NCBI GenBank assembly: GCA_963769765.1
Contig: CAVYNA010000004.1
Location: 346,373 to 410,372 of the forward strand
Source: an uncultured Acidimicrobiaceae bacterium
GTDB lineage: Bacteria > Actinomycetota > Acidimicrobiia > Acidimicrobiales > RAAP-2
DNA length: 64,000 nt
Direction: 5' to 3'
Shown: positions 37,608 to 45,783 of the stretch, one piece after another
Layout of the letters: the number at the start of each line of letters is the position of its first letter
Position numbering within the stretch: the first letter of the stretch is position 1
The notes under the pieces: generated by a model
Told to the model about the DNA's origin: nothing
What the model saw: the letters and a program-made list of their open reading frames with translations, nothing else
Database searches by the model: none
Made by a program: the position numbers and the translations under genes

Positions 37608-38195
37608 TCAGCCCCCGTAGTTCATCCTCGTGTCCTCCATCCGGAGCACCCCGGGCGGGTCGTCCCCACCAGGCGACCTGTCCCGCATCCCGACGTCGAC
37701 CACCTCGCCCACGAAGAGGACGTGGCTGGGGGGTCGCTCCGAGAGCCCCGCGAAGCGCTCCGTCCGACGCACCTCGCAAGAGAGCCACCCGATCGCGGCC
37801 GACAGGCACGGCAGGCCGCCGGTGATCTCCTCGACCGGCTCGCCGGCGAGCGCGACGACCCGCCCGGCCGGGTCGTGTTCCACGTCAGTGACGGGCTTCA
37901 CGAACCGGCGCACGACCGCCCGGTCGGCCTGGCCGAGCAGGTTGACCGCGAAGCGACCGCTTTCGGCGACCAGGCCGGCGGTGACCGACGCGCCCTCGAC
38001 CCCGACCGCCACGAGCTTCGGCACGGTCGCGACCTGCGTCACCCAGCTGCAAGTCATCAGGTTCCAGCGGTCGCCCGATCGACTGCCGAGCAGGTAGAGG
38101 CCGGTCGGCAAAGACCAGAGCATGCGTCGACGGAGCCGGTCGTAGGAGTCCGGATCGCGTGCCGCCGGCACGGGGCCGACCGGAGCCTCAGCCAC
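37608..38195 (-). CDS. flavin reductase-like (FMN-binding split-barrel) protein
   Basis: ...MLWSLPTGLYLLGSRSGDRWNLMTCSWVTQVATVPKLVAVGVEGASVTAGLVAESGRFAVNLL...HVLFVGEVVDV... GTG 38195 overlaps the upstream gene by 8 nt. Confidence 0.7.
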   Translation of the reverse strand: MAEAPVGPVPAARDPDSYDRLRRRMLWSLPTGLYLLGSRSGDRWNLMTCSWVTQVATVPKLVAVGVEGASVTAGLVAESGRFAVNLLGQADRAVVRRFVKPVTDVEHDPAGRVVALAGEPVEEITGGLPCLSAAIGWLSCEVRRTERFAGLSERPPSHVLFVGEVVDVGMRDRSPGGDDPPGVLRMEDTRMNYGG

Positions 38196-38739
38196 CGAAG
38201 GGGTCGCCCCCGCCGGCCGGTGGAGCAGTCGTCGTGGTCGATGGGACCTTCCCGGTGATCGCGACGATCCGGGCGAGCGAAGTCGCAAGCAGTCCCGGGA
38301 GACGTGCGCGTTCCGAGGCGGAGCGTGCGAGCAGGGTCCGGTTCCCTCCGGCGCCGTTGTAGCAGTCGTCACCGGCAGCCGCGGCGTCCTCGTAGGCCGC
38401 GTTGAGGTCCGCGGTCAGCTGTGCGTCGGGCGTGGGCAGGTTGCCGATCGCGGTCTCGGCGTCGTTCGTCAGCAGGGCACAGACGGTGCGCACCGCGCCT
38501 TGCGGGTCGCCAATCGCGAGCACGTGGACGACGTTGGCGCTGTCCGACGCGAGCGTTCCGATCGATGCGCCCCCCGCGCCTCCGCTCACCCAGTTCGTGA
38601 CCCGTACCGACACCGGCCCGGTCTCGTCCGGTCCTGCGCAACCCGCGAGCGCCGCGCAGGCGACGGCGACGGTGGCGACCGTGAGGACGACCCGGGTGGG
38701 CCGGGCCGGGCCGGGCCGACCGGTTCCCGCCGGTCGCAC
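38188..38739 (-). CDS. putative lipoprotein
   Basis: GTG 38739 lies 2 nt after the DUF3151 stop. The signal peptide with lipobox reads ...RVVLTVATVAVACAALAGC-AGPDETG. The mature part has no recognised family. Confidence 0.6.
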   Translation of the reverse strand: MRPAGTGRPGPARPTRVVLTVATVAVACAALAGCAGPDETGPVSVRVTNWVSGGAGGASIGTLASDSANVVHVLAIGDPQGAVRTVCALLTNDAETAIGNLPTPDAQLTADLNAAYEDAAAAGDDCYNGAGGNRTLLARSASERARLPGLLATSLARIVAITGKVPSTTTTAPPAGGGDPFGG

Positions 38740-38741
38740 CC

Positions 38742-39203
38742 TCAGGAGGACAGGCCGGCGCGGTCCGGTCGCCACGTGGGGTCGAGTTGGCGCAGGAACT
38801 GCGCGCACCGCTCCTCCTCGTTCTGCTCGCCGATCGCACCCGCCGTCGACCGCAGCCCGTCGAGGCAGCGGAGGAAGCCGCGGTTGGACTCGTGGGACCA
38901 GCGCACCAGACCCGATCCCCGCCAGCCGGCGGCCCGCAGCGCGTCGAGCCCTCGGTGGTAGCCCACGCGGAAACACGCGTAGGCCTCGACGTCGTCGCGC
39001 GCCAGGGCGCCGAGCTCGGCCCATGCGGCGGCCGATGCCGGATGGGAACGGACCACGTCGGACATCGCGTGCCGACGGCGCGCCGGCGGCTCGGCGGCCG
39101 CGGCGGCCAACGAAGCCCGGACCTGCTCCGGGACGTCGGGCAGGATCGTCTCGGGCAGGCCGCCGGTCAGCCGGACCGGCGAGGACGGTTCGGTGGACGA
39201 CAC
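38742..39203 (-). CDS. DUF3151-like conserved actinobacterial protein
   Basis: ...LTGGLPETILPD...VVRSHPASAAAWAELGALARDDVEAYACFRVGYHRGLDALRAAGWRGSGLVRWSHESNRGFLRCLDGL...EERCAQFL... The start is set at GTG 39203. Confidence 0.65.
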   Translation of the reverse strand: MSSTEPSSPVRLTGGLPETILPDVPEQVRASLAAAAAEPPARRRHAMSDVVRSHPASAAAWAELGALARDDVEAYACFRVGYHRGLDALRAAGWRGSGLVRWSHESNRGFLRCLDGLRSTAGAIGEQNEEERCAQFLRQLDPTWRPDRAGLSS

Positions 39204-39258
39204 GCCGGCCAGTGTAGGACCGGGCCCGTTCGACGCCCGGTCGGCGCTCAGTCGAAGC

Positions 39259-40536
39259 TCAGTCGAAGCGCACCAAGTGGTAGTCGCGCTTGCCCCGCCG
39301 GAGGACCAGGTAGCGGTCGGCGAGCAGGTCCCCGAGGCCGACGGGGTGCTCCACCTCCTCGACGCGTCGATTGTTGACGTAGGCGCCCCCCTGCTCGACG
39401 AGCGCTCTGGCCCGGCCCTTCGACGGGCAGAGCCCGGTCTCGACGAGAAGATCGACCAGCGCGATCCGACCGTCGGCGAGGCCGTCGAGGGCGACGTCCG
39501 TCGAAGGCACCTCGGCGAAGACATCGAGCAGCGTGCGCTCGTCGAGCTCCGAGAGCTCGCCGCCGTAGATCGCGGCGGCCGCCCGCTCGGCCCGAACCGT
39601 CTCGGGCTCGCCGTGGACCAGCGTGCAGACCTGCCTGGCGAGCTCGTGTTGGGCCGCACGCGCCTCGGGGTGGTCGCGGGTCTCTGCGTCGAGCCCGAGG
39701 ATCTCGTCGTGGGAGAGGAAGGTGAAGTAGCGGAGGTAGGTCCCGACCACTTCGTCCTCGCTGCGCAGGAAGAACTGGTAGAGCTGGTAGGGACTGGTCC
39801 GGGCCGGGTCGAGCCACACCGTGCCGGTCTCCGACTTGCCGAACTTGGTGCCGTCGGCTTTCACCACGAGCGGCGTCGTCAACCCCCAGGCCTCCGCGTG
39901 CCGGACCTTGCGGATCAGCTCGATCCCCGTGGTGATGTTCCCCCACTGGTCGCTTCCACCGATCTGGAGGCGGCACGAGTACTCGTCGAAGAGGTGCAAG
40001 AAGTCGTAGGCCTGCAGCAGCATGTAGGAGAACTCCGTGTAGGAGATGCCCTGCCCGTCGCGGTCGAGTCGGGAGCGCACCGACTCCTTTGCCACCATCT
40101 GGTTGACCGTGAAGTGCTTTCCCACGTCGCGGAGGAAATCGAAGAGGCCGAAGGAGGCGAGCCAGTCGGCGTTGTTGACGAGCAGCGCCGCATCCGGAGC
40201 CCCGAAGTCGAGGAAGTGGGTGAGCTGCCCGCGGATGCCCTGCAGGTTGACCGCGAGCTGCTCGGGGGAGAGCAGGGACCGCTCCTCGGACTTCCCGCCG
40301 GGGTCCCCTACGAACCCGGTGCCGCCGCCCGCGAGCGCGATCGGGCGATGCCCGGCGAGCTGGAATCGACGCAGGGTGCAGAGCTGCAGCAGGGTCCCGA
40401 CGTGGAGGCTGTCCGCGGTCGGGTCGAAGCCCGAGTAGACGGTGATCGGTTCCGCGTCGAGGCGCCTCTCGAGCGCGGGATCGGTGAGCTGGTGGATGAG
40501 ACCGCGGAAGCGGAGATCCGCGACGAGTCGACCCAT
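39259..40536 (-). CDS. tyrS: tyrosine--tRNA ligase
   Basis: MGRLVADLRFRGLIHQLTDPALERRLDAEPITVYSGFDPTADSLHVGTLLQLCTLRRFQLAGHRPIALAGGGTGFVGDPGGKSEER...KFGKSETG... plus a C-terminal S4-like domain. Confidence 0.95.
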   Translation of the reverse strand: MGRLVADLRFRGLIHQLTDPALERRLDAEPITVYSGFDPTADSLHVGTLLQLCTLRRFQLAGHRPIALAGGGTGFVGDPGGKSEERSLLSPEQLAVNLQGIRGQLTHFLDFGAPDAALLVNNADWLASFGLFDFLRDVGKHFTVNQMVAKESVRSRLDRDGQGISYTEFSYMLLQAYDFLHLFDEYSCRLQIGGSDQWGNITTGIELIRKVRHAEAWGLTTPLVVKADGTKFGKSETGTVWLDPARTSPYQLYQFFLRSEDEVVGTYLRYFTFLSHDEILGLDAETRDHPEARAAQHELARQVCTLVHGEPETVRAERAAAAIYGGELSELDERTLLDVFAEVPSTDVALDGLADGRIALVDLLVETGLCPSKGRARALVEQGGAYVNNRRVEEVEHPVGLGDLLADRYLVLRRGKRDYHLVRFD

Positions 40537-40575
40537 CGCCTCAGCCTGCCACGTCACGGATGGCGGCAAGGCCGC

Positions 40576-40581
40576 TACGAT
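40576..40581 (+). promoter_or_regulatory. -10-like TACGAT in the tyrS / oxygenase divergent spacer
   Basis: ...gccgcTACGATcgccg... lies about 50 nt before the GGAGG-GTG of the oxygenase gene. No clear -35. Confidence 0.25.
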
Positions 40582-40630
40582 CGCCGTCCGGTCCGACGTC
40601 CGGGCCGAGTCCGTGACACGTGGAGGTGAG

Positions 40631-41977
40631 GTGGTGGACAACCCGTACCTCCACGGCAACTTCGCACCGGTGCAGGCGGAGCGGAGCGACGACCACCCGC
40701 TTCCCATTACGGGCGTGCTCCCCCCGGACCTCGAGGGACGGCTGCTGCGCAACGGTCCCAACCCCGTCGTCGTCCCCAGCGATGAAACCGCCTACCACTG
40801 GTTCGCGGGTGACGGGATGATCCACGCGATCGGACTCGGCGGGGGCGGCGCCCTCGGATACCGCAACCGGATGGTCCGGACGCGTGCACTTGCGGCGAAA
40901 GCCGAGACCGTGCCGCCTCGTGGACCGGCCGAGCCCATCGACGGGCCGGCAAATACCCACGTCATCCGCCACGGAGGGCGCACGCTCGCTCTTGTCGAGT
41001 CGGGTCTCCCCCACGCCCTGACCGACGATCTCCAGCGTGCGCGGGTCTACGACTTCGACGGATCGCTGGCCTCACCCATGACCGCCCACCCGAAGCTCGA
41101 CCCCGACACCGGCGAGCTCGTCTTCTTCGGGTACGACGTGTTTGGCCCGCCGTTCCTCCGAGCACACGTCGCCGACGCCGCGGGCAGGATTGTACGGACA
41201 CGCGAGATCGACCTTCCGAGAGCGGTCATGATGCACGACTTCGCGGTCACCGCCAGCCGCGTCGTCTTCTACGACCTGCCGATCCTCTTCGATCTCGAAC
41301 TCGCCGCCGAGGGCCGCTCGATCCCGTTCCGCTGGATGCCCGATGCCGGCGCGAGGATCGGGATCCTGCCGCGCGACGGCGACGTGGAGGTCACCTGGCT
41401 CACCATCGACCCGTGCTACGTCTTCCACACGGTCAACGCCTACGACGATGGCGACTCGATCGTCGTCGACGTTCTGCGCTACGACCGTGCCTTCGACACC
41501 CCACCCGGCGGTGCCATCGCGTCAGTCCTGCCCTCACTCGTGCGGTGGACGATCGATCCCCTCGGCGGTCGGGTCGTCGAGCGGCGGCTCGACGATCGCC
41601 CGGTCGAGTTCCCACGTGTCGACGACCTGGTGGCCGGCCGGCCCTACCGGTACGCCTACTGCGCCGCGCTCGGCGACGATCCGGCGCTCCCCTCCTTCGG
41701 CGGCCTCGTGAAGTACGACCTGCGCCGGGACGAGTCCGTCCGGTTCGAGCCGGGCGAGCACGCCGCCGCCGGCGAGCCGATCTTCGTCCGCGCGGCCGAC
41801 GGGCGCAGCGAGGACGAGGGTTGGGTCCTCTCCCTGGTCTACGACGCGAGCCGCGACGCGAGCGATCTCGTGGTGCTGGATGCGACGTCGTTTGCCGGGC
41901 CTCCCGTCGCCACGGTGCACCTCCCCGCACGGGTGCCCTTCGGCTTCCACGGATCGTGGGTGCCGTCACTCAGCTGA
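40631..41977 (+). CDS. carotenoid cleavage oxygenase family protein
   Basis: ...DNPYLHGNFAPVQAE...LEGRLLRNGPNP...YHWFAGDGMIHAI...MTAHPKLDPDTGELVFFGY...MMHDFAVT...VFHTVNAYDD...PFGFHGSWV (four-His iron site pattern). GGAGG precedes GTG 40631/40634. Confidence 0.85.
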   Translation: MVDNPYLHGNFAPVQAERSDDHPLPITGVLPPDLEGRLLRNGPNPVVVPSDETAYHWFAGDGMIHAIGLGGGGALGYRNRMVRTRALAAKAETVPPRGPAEPIDGPANTHVIRHGGRTLALVESGLPHALTDDLQRARVYDFDGSLASPMTAHPKLDPDTGELVFFGYDVFGPPFLRAHVADAAGRIVRTREIDLPRAVMMHDFAVTASRVVFYDLPILFDLELAAEGRSIPFRWMPDAGARIGILPRDGDVEVTWLTIDPCYVFHTVNAYDDGDSIVVDVLRYDRAFDTPPGGAIASVLPSLVRWTIDPLGGRVVERRLDDRPVEFPRVDDLVAGRPYRYAYCAALGDDPALPSFGGLVKYDLRRDESVRFEPGEHAAAGEPIFVRAADGRSEDEGWVLSLVYDASRDASDLVVLDATSFAGPPVATVHLPARVPFGFHGSWVPSLS

Positions 41978-41999
41978 GCAAAGGCGGGACAGGCGGTTC

Positions 42000-43769
42000 T
42001 CAGCCCGCGTCGACTGCCGCGTCGACCGCCGCGACGACCGCCTCGTGCAGCCGGCGGTGGATGGCGACGTTCTCGTCGCGCGAGGGCAGCGCCACGCGCA
42101 CCACCGACCGTCCGCCGTGGCCCGTCCGGTCGCGGAGCGCGGCGGTGAGTTCGGCCGGACCGACGCCGACTGCGAGGTCGGTCACGCCCCAGCCGAACCC
42201 GCGGGCGACCGATACGACGTCCACCGCCTGGGGGGTGCCGAAGATCCGGTCGAAGGTCGCGCCGTCGAGCGCACCCGCCTGGTCCAGGAAGGAGAAGATG
42301 CCCCCGCCACCGTTGTCGGCGACAACCACGGTGAGGTCGACGGCGGTCTCGGCCCCGTATGCGAGTGCAGAGGCGTCATGGAGGAACGTGAGATCACCGA
42401 CCAAGGCGACCGTCGGGGTCGATGAGGCAAGCGCGACACCGATCGCGGTCGAGACGACGCCGTCGATGCCGTTGGCACCGCGGTTGGCGAGGACGCGTGG
42501 GCCCGGCCCGACCGGCAGCGCATAGGACTCGACGTCGCGGATCGGCATGGACGAGGAGACCACCAGGGTCCCCCCGCTCGGCAGACACGCGGGGAGGTGG
42601 TGGGCGAGCGAGGGCTCGGTCAGCGGCCCCGCGCAGAGCGCGTCGGTGAGCACCCCCCGCGCCGAGCGCTCCGCGGACCGCCACCCCTCGAGCCAGGCGG
42701 GATCACGGTCGCCGCCTTGTTCGGCCCAGGCTCGGCAGACCTCGGTCGGGCCGGCCCGAACGAACCGGACCGCGTCGCGTATCGGGTCGGGCCACCGGCC
42801 GGTGGGGTCGACGACCACGACCTCGGCGCCCGACCTCGCCGCCTGCGAGACGAACCCGTTGACGACCTTCGAGGCCCACCGTTCACCGAGCACGAGCACG
42901 AGGTCGGGCAGGTGGCCAGACGCGAAGGACGGCGAGCGCAAGAACGCGTCGGCGGTGGCGACAACCGCCTCGGCTCCCGTCCGGGCCCCGGATCGTGGAT
43001 CTGCGAGGACCGGCCAGCCCCGTGCGGTGGCGAGGGCGAGCACCGCCTCGGGGTCACCACAGCCCGCCCCCGCGACGACGAGGCCCCGGGTGACCGACGG
43101 GGCCGCACCGGCCGATGTGCTCGCCGCGGTCGCCGCTTCGACCACGTGCCAGGGGGCGCCTGCCGGCCGGCCAGGTGGTACCCCGACCCCACGCCCCGGG
43201 TCCCCGACGAGCGGTTCGCGAAAGGGCAGGTTGAGATGGACCGGGCCCGGCCCGGTCGGTCCGGCGACGGCCTCCGCCACGCAGCGCGCCGCGAGCGACC
43301 TCCACGTCGACCGGGACGCGTCCGACGCGACCCCCGGATCGCAGAACCAGCGCACCGCGCGCCCGTAGAGGTGGGTCTGGTCGATGGTCTGGCTCGCTCC
43401 GACGTCGTGGAGCTCGGGCGGCCGGTCGGCCGTGCACACGAGAAGGGGCACGCGTGCGGCGTCGGCCTCGACGACGGCCGCGTGCAGCTCCGCGGCGGCC
43501 GTCCCGCTCGTGGTCAGGACCAGGGCAGGCCCACCGGTCGCGAGTCCGATGCCGAGAGCCACGAATGCCGCAGACCGCTCGTCGAGCCGGACGTGCACGC
43601 GGACAGCCGGTTGCGCGGCGAGCGCGAGGGCGAGCGGGGTCGACCGTGAGCCCGGGCAGAGCACCGCGTGGACGACCCCGCACCGGATCCACTCGTCGAC
43701 CAGGGTCGACGCGAACGCCGCCTGGACGTCCGCGCTCCTGGACGACGCCGGACCGGTCGGTACGCTCAC
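42000..43769 (-). CDS. menD: 2-succinyl-5-enolpyruvyl-6-hydroxy-3-cyclohexene-1-carboxylate synthase
   Basis: ...FASTLVDEWIRCGVVHAVLCPGSRSTPLALALAA...RLDERSAAFVALGIGLATGGPALVLTTSGTAAAELHAAVVEAD...VPLLVCTADRPPEL...NRGANGIDG... The start is tentatively GTG 43769. Confidence 0.88.
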   Translation of the reverse strand: MSVPTGPASSRSADVQAAFASTLVDEWIRCGVVHAVLCPGSRSTPLALALAAQPAVRVHVRLDERSAAFVALGIGLATGGPALVLTTSGTAAAELHAAVVEADAARVPLLVCTADRPPELHDVGASQTIDQTHLYGRAVRWFCDPGVASDASRSTWRSLAARCVAEAVAGPTGPGPVHLNLPFREPLVGDPGRGVGVPPGRPAGAPWHVVEAATAASTSAGAAPSVTRGLVVAGAGCGDPEAVLALATARGWPVLADPRSGARTGAEAVVATADAFLRSPSFASGHLPDLVLVLGERWASKVVNGFVSQAARSGAEVVVVDPTGRWPDPIRDAVRFVRAGPTEVCRAWAEQGGDRDPAWLEGWRSAERSARGVLTDALCAGPLTEPSLAHHLPACLPSGGTLVVSSSMPIRDVESYALPVGPGPRVLANRGANGIDGVVSTAIGVALASSTPTVALVGDLTFLHDASALAYGAETAVDLTVVVADNGGGGIFSFLDQAGALDGATFDRIFGTPQAVDVVSVARGFGWGVTDLAVGVGPAELTAALRDRTGHGGRSVVRVALPSRDENVAIHRRLHEAVVAAVDAAVDAG

Positions 43770-43780
43770 CGGGAACCCCG

Positions 43781-44599
43781 ATGGCCCCGACAAGCTCCCC
43801 AACGAACGGTCCGCTCCGCCCGGCCCTGCACGTCGCCTGGCGCGGCGCCGGGCCGCCACTCGTGCTCGCCCACGGCTTCACGCAGACCGGGCAGGCCTGG
43901 GGACCCTTGTCCGATCGCCTCGCGGCCCACCACCGGATCGGGCTGGTCGACCTGCCCGGCCACGGCCGTTCCTCGGAGCTCGCGGTCGATCTCGACGGGG
44001 GCGCCCGACTCCTCGGCGACGCCGGTGGCCATGCCTCGTACCTCGGCTACTCGATGGGCGCCAGGTTCTGCCTGCACCTCGCGCTGGCCCGACCCGACCT
44101 CGTCGAGCGGCTCGTGCTCGTCTCGGGCACCGCGGGGATCGACGACCCGGCCGAGCGCGACGCACGTCGCCGGTCCGACGAGGCCCTCGCGGACCGGCTC
44201 GCGCCCACTGACGGCTCGCCGCCCTCCGACTCTGTCGCCGAGTTCGTCACACGCTGGCTCGAATCCCCGCTCTTCGCCAGCCTCGATCCGGACTCCAGCG
44301 CGCTCGAGGCGCGCCTCGCAAACACGGCGGCGGGGCTGGCTGCGAGCCTCCGCCTCTCCGGTACCGGCACCCAGCAGCCCCTCTGGGACCGGCTCGGCGA
44401 GCTCCGCATGCCGGTCCTGGTGGTGACCGGTGCCACGGACACGAAATTCACCGCGATCGGACGCCGGCTGTGCGCGCTCGTCGGGCCGAACGCCGTCCTC
44501 GTCGAGGTGCACGCTGCCGGTCACGCCGTCCACCTCGAGCGGCCCGACGAGGTCGCGGACCTCGTGCTCACCTTCCTCGCATCCACCGGGCCCGGCTGA
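43781..44599 (+). CDS. menH: alpha/beta hydrolase, 2-succinyl-6-hydroxy-2,4-cyclohexadiene-1-carboxylate synthase-like
   Basis: MAPTSSPTNGPLRPALHVAWRGAGPPLVLAHGFTQTGQAWGPL...LVDLPGHGRS...YLGYSMGARFCLHLAL...VLVSGTAG...AGHAVHLERPDEV... It lies divergent from menD. Confidence 0.75.
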   Translation: MAPTSSPTNGPLRPALHVAWRGAGPPLVLAHGFTQTGQAWGPLSDRLAAHHRIGLVDLPGHGRSSELAVDLDGGARLLGDAGGHASYLGYSMGARFCLHLALARPDLVERLVLVSGTAGIDDPAERDARRRSDEALADRLAPTDGSPPSDSVAEFVTRWLESPLFASLDPDSSALEARLANTAAGLAASLRLSGTGTQQPLWDRLGELRMPVLVVTGATDTKFTAIGRRLCALVGPNAVLVEVHAAGHAVHLERPDEVADLVLTFLASTGPG

Positions 44600-44613
44600 G
44601 GGGGCCAAGAGGG

Positions 44614-44657
44614 CCGCGGGGACCGCGGGGACCGCGGGGACCGCGGGGACCGCGGAG
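44614..44657. repeat. non-coding 9-bp tandem repeat CCGCGGGGA x4 plus a truncated fifth copy
   Basis: The array reads ccgcgggga ccgcgggga ccgcgggga ccgcgggga ccgcggag, starting 15 nt after the menH stop. Each unit contains the self-complementary CCGCGG. Confidence 0.95.
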
Positions 44658-44672
44658 TACTTCCTCTGGCGG

Positions 44673-44714
44673 ACATACATCACGTGATGTGCACATACAT
44701 CACGTGATGTATGT
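44673..44714. other. tandem AT-rich palindromic element (two ACATACATCACGTGATGT units, dyads 20 bp apart)
   Basis: The sequence is ACATACATCACGTGATGT gc ACATACATCACGTGATGTATGT. Positions 44693-44714 form a perfect 22-bp palindrome, 44677-44690 a perfect 14-bp palindrome, and the seam ATGTGCACAT (44687-44696) is also palindromic. GC is about 40% here, in a convergent intergenic region. Confidence 0.9.
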
Positions 44715-44752
44715 AACCGAAATTTCCAACCGAGGGTCTGGTTGCAGCTCGG

Positions 44753-44801
44753 GCTGACGGGTGACAGGTCCTTCTCACCCTCCTGGATGCACGACCCGTC
44801 A
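44753..44801. terminator. 9-bp perfect inverted repeat (CTGACGGGT ... ACCCGTCAG) with a 31-nt spacer, just downstream of menA
   Basis: The arms lie at 44753-44761 and 44793-44801. The right arm ends 4 nt from the menA stop. There is no U tract. A terminator or RNA-element role is only inferred. Confidence 0.25.
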
Positions 44802-44804
44802 GGA

Positions 44805-45773
44805 TCACCGGACCCACAGCCAACACGACACCGCGAAGAGCGCGCCGAACACCAGCTGGAGCCGGGCCGTCGCGGCCAGGACCGGCAGCAGGTCGCGGCC
44901 TTCGGCGCCACTGCGGACCAGACGTGCTGGAGGCACTGTGGCGGGGAGCGCAGCGAGCGGGAGGAGCGCGAGGGCCGGTCGGGCAGATCCGAGCGGGCCG
45001 GCGAAGGACCACGCGGCCCAACCGAGCACGCCGACGAAGGGCAGTCCGACGCAGGCCAGGTAGCAGCGGCCCGCGGCCCGGCGGCCGAGCCGCACTGCGA
45101 GGGTGCGTTTGCCCGAGGCGGTGTCCGTCGCGATGTCTCGCAGATTGTTGGCAAGGAGCAGGGCGGTCGCGAGCAGACCGACCAGCACCCCGGCGAACCA
45201 GACGAGCGGGATCCCGAGACGCAGCGTCTCGACGTACGCCGTCCCGACCGTCGCGACGAGTCCGAAGAAGACGAACACGAACAGCTCGCCGAGCCCTGCA
45301 TAGCCGTAGGGCCGGGGACCGCCCGTGTAGCCCCAGCCGGCCGCGAAGCAGGCCGCGCCGACGGCCAGCACCCACCACGACGTCGCCGCGGCAAGAGCAG
45401 TGCCGGCGACCGCCGCAATCCCGAAGGCCACGAATGACGCGGCGCGCACGGCACCGGGGGATGCGAGGCCTGACGCGACGAGCCGCAGCGGTCCGACCCG
45501 GGCGTCGTCGGTCCCGCGGACGCCGTCCGCGTAGTCGTTCGCGTAGTTGGTCCCGACCTGGATGGCGAGGGCGACGACCAATGCTCCGAGCGCCCGCCAC
45601 CACAACCCCGGCGGTGCGCCGAACGCCACCACGGTCGGGCGGGCGGCCGCCGTTGCGACCACGACCGGCACCAGCGCTGCGGGGAGGGTCCGCGGTCGGG
45701 CTCCGAGGATCCAGCGGCGAACCGGGCCGGGCGCGGGTGACGACCGGGTCGTCGGGCCTGCGCTCACCGCCAC
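44805..45773 (-). CDS. menA: 1,4-dihydroxy-2-naphthoate polyprenyltransferase
   Basis: ...WILGARPRTLPAALVPVVVATA...QVGTNYANDYADGVRGTDD...RVGPLRLVASG...LLANNLRDIATDTASGKRTLAVRLG... (UbiA-family motifs, polytopic). Confidence 0.9.
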   Translation of the reverse strand: MAVSAGPTTRSSPAPGPVRRWILGARPRTLPAALVPVVVATAAARPTVVAFGAPPGLWWRALGALVVALAIQVGTNYANDYADGVRGTDDARVGPLRLVASGLASPGAVRAASFVAFGIAAVAGTALAAATSWWVLAVGAACFAAGWGYTGGPRPYGYAGLGELFVFVFFGLVATVGTAYVETLRLGIPLVWFAGVLVGLLATALLLANNLRDIATDTASGKRTLAVRLGRRAAGRCYLACVGLPFVGVLGWAAWSFAGPLGSARPALALLPLAALPATVPPARLVRSGAEGRDLLPVLAATARLQLVFGALFAVSCWLWVR

Positions 45774-45783
45774 CGAATCGGGC

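Noticed and set aside
44673-44714. Canonical parS or a dif (XerC/XerD) site as the identity of the palindromic element
   Set aside because: Only the central TCACGTGA matches parS. The arms (ACA/TGT rather than GTT/AAC) differ at 6 of 14 positions. It also lacks the 11-6-11 asymmetric architecture and the ATAA/TTAT arms of dif sites. It is kept as an unexplained element rather than given either label.
44708-44758. Micro-ORFs in unusual spacers: MYVTEISNRGSGCSSG (16 aa, 44708-44758) next to the palindromes, and a 27-codon GTG ORF at about 7505-7588 (minus strand) overlapping the ribBA start behind an AAAGGAGG motif
   Set aside because: They are too short to evaluate. There is no supporting SD/start geometry for the first. 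The second is equally explained as part of the rib spacer structure. No conservation evidence is available from sequence alone.
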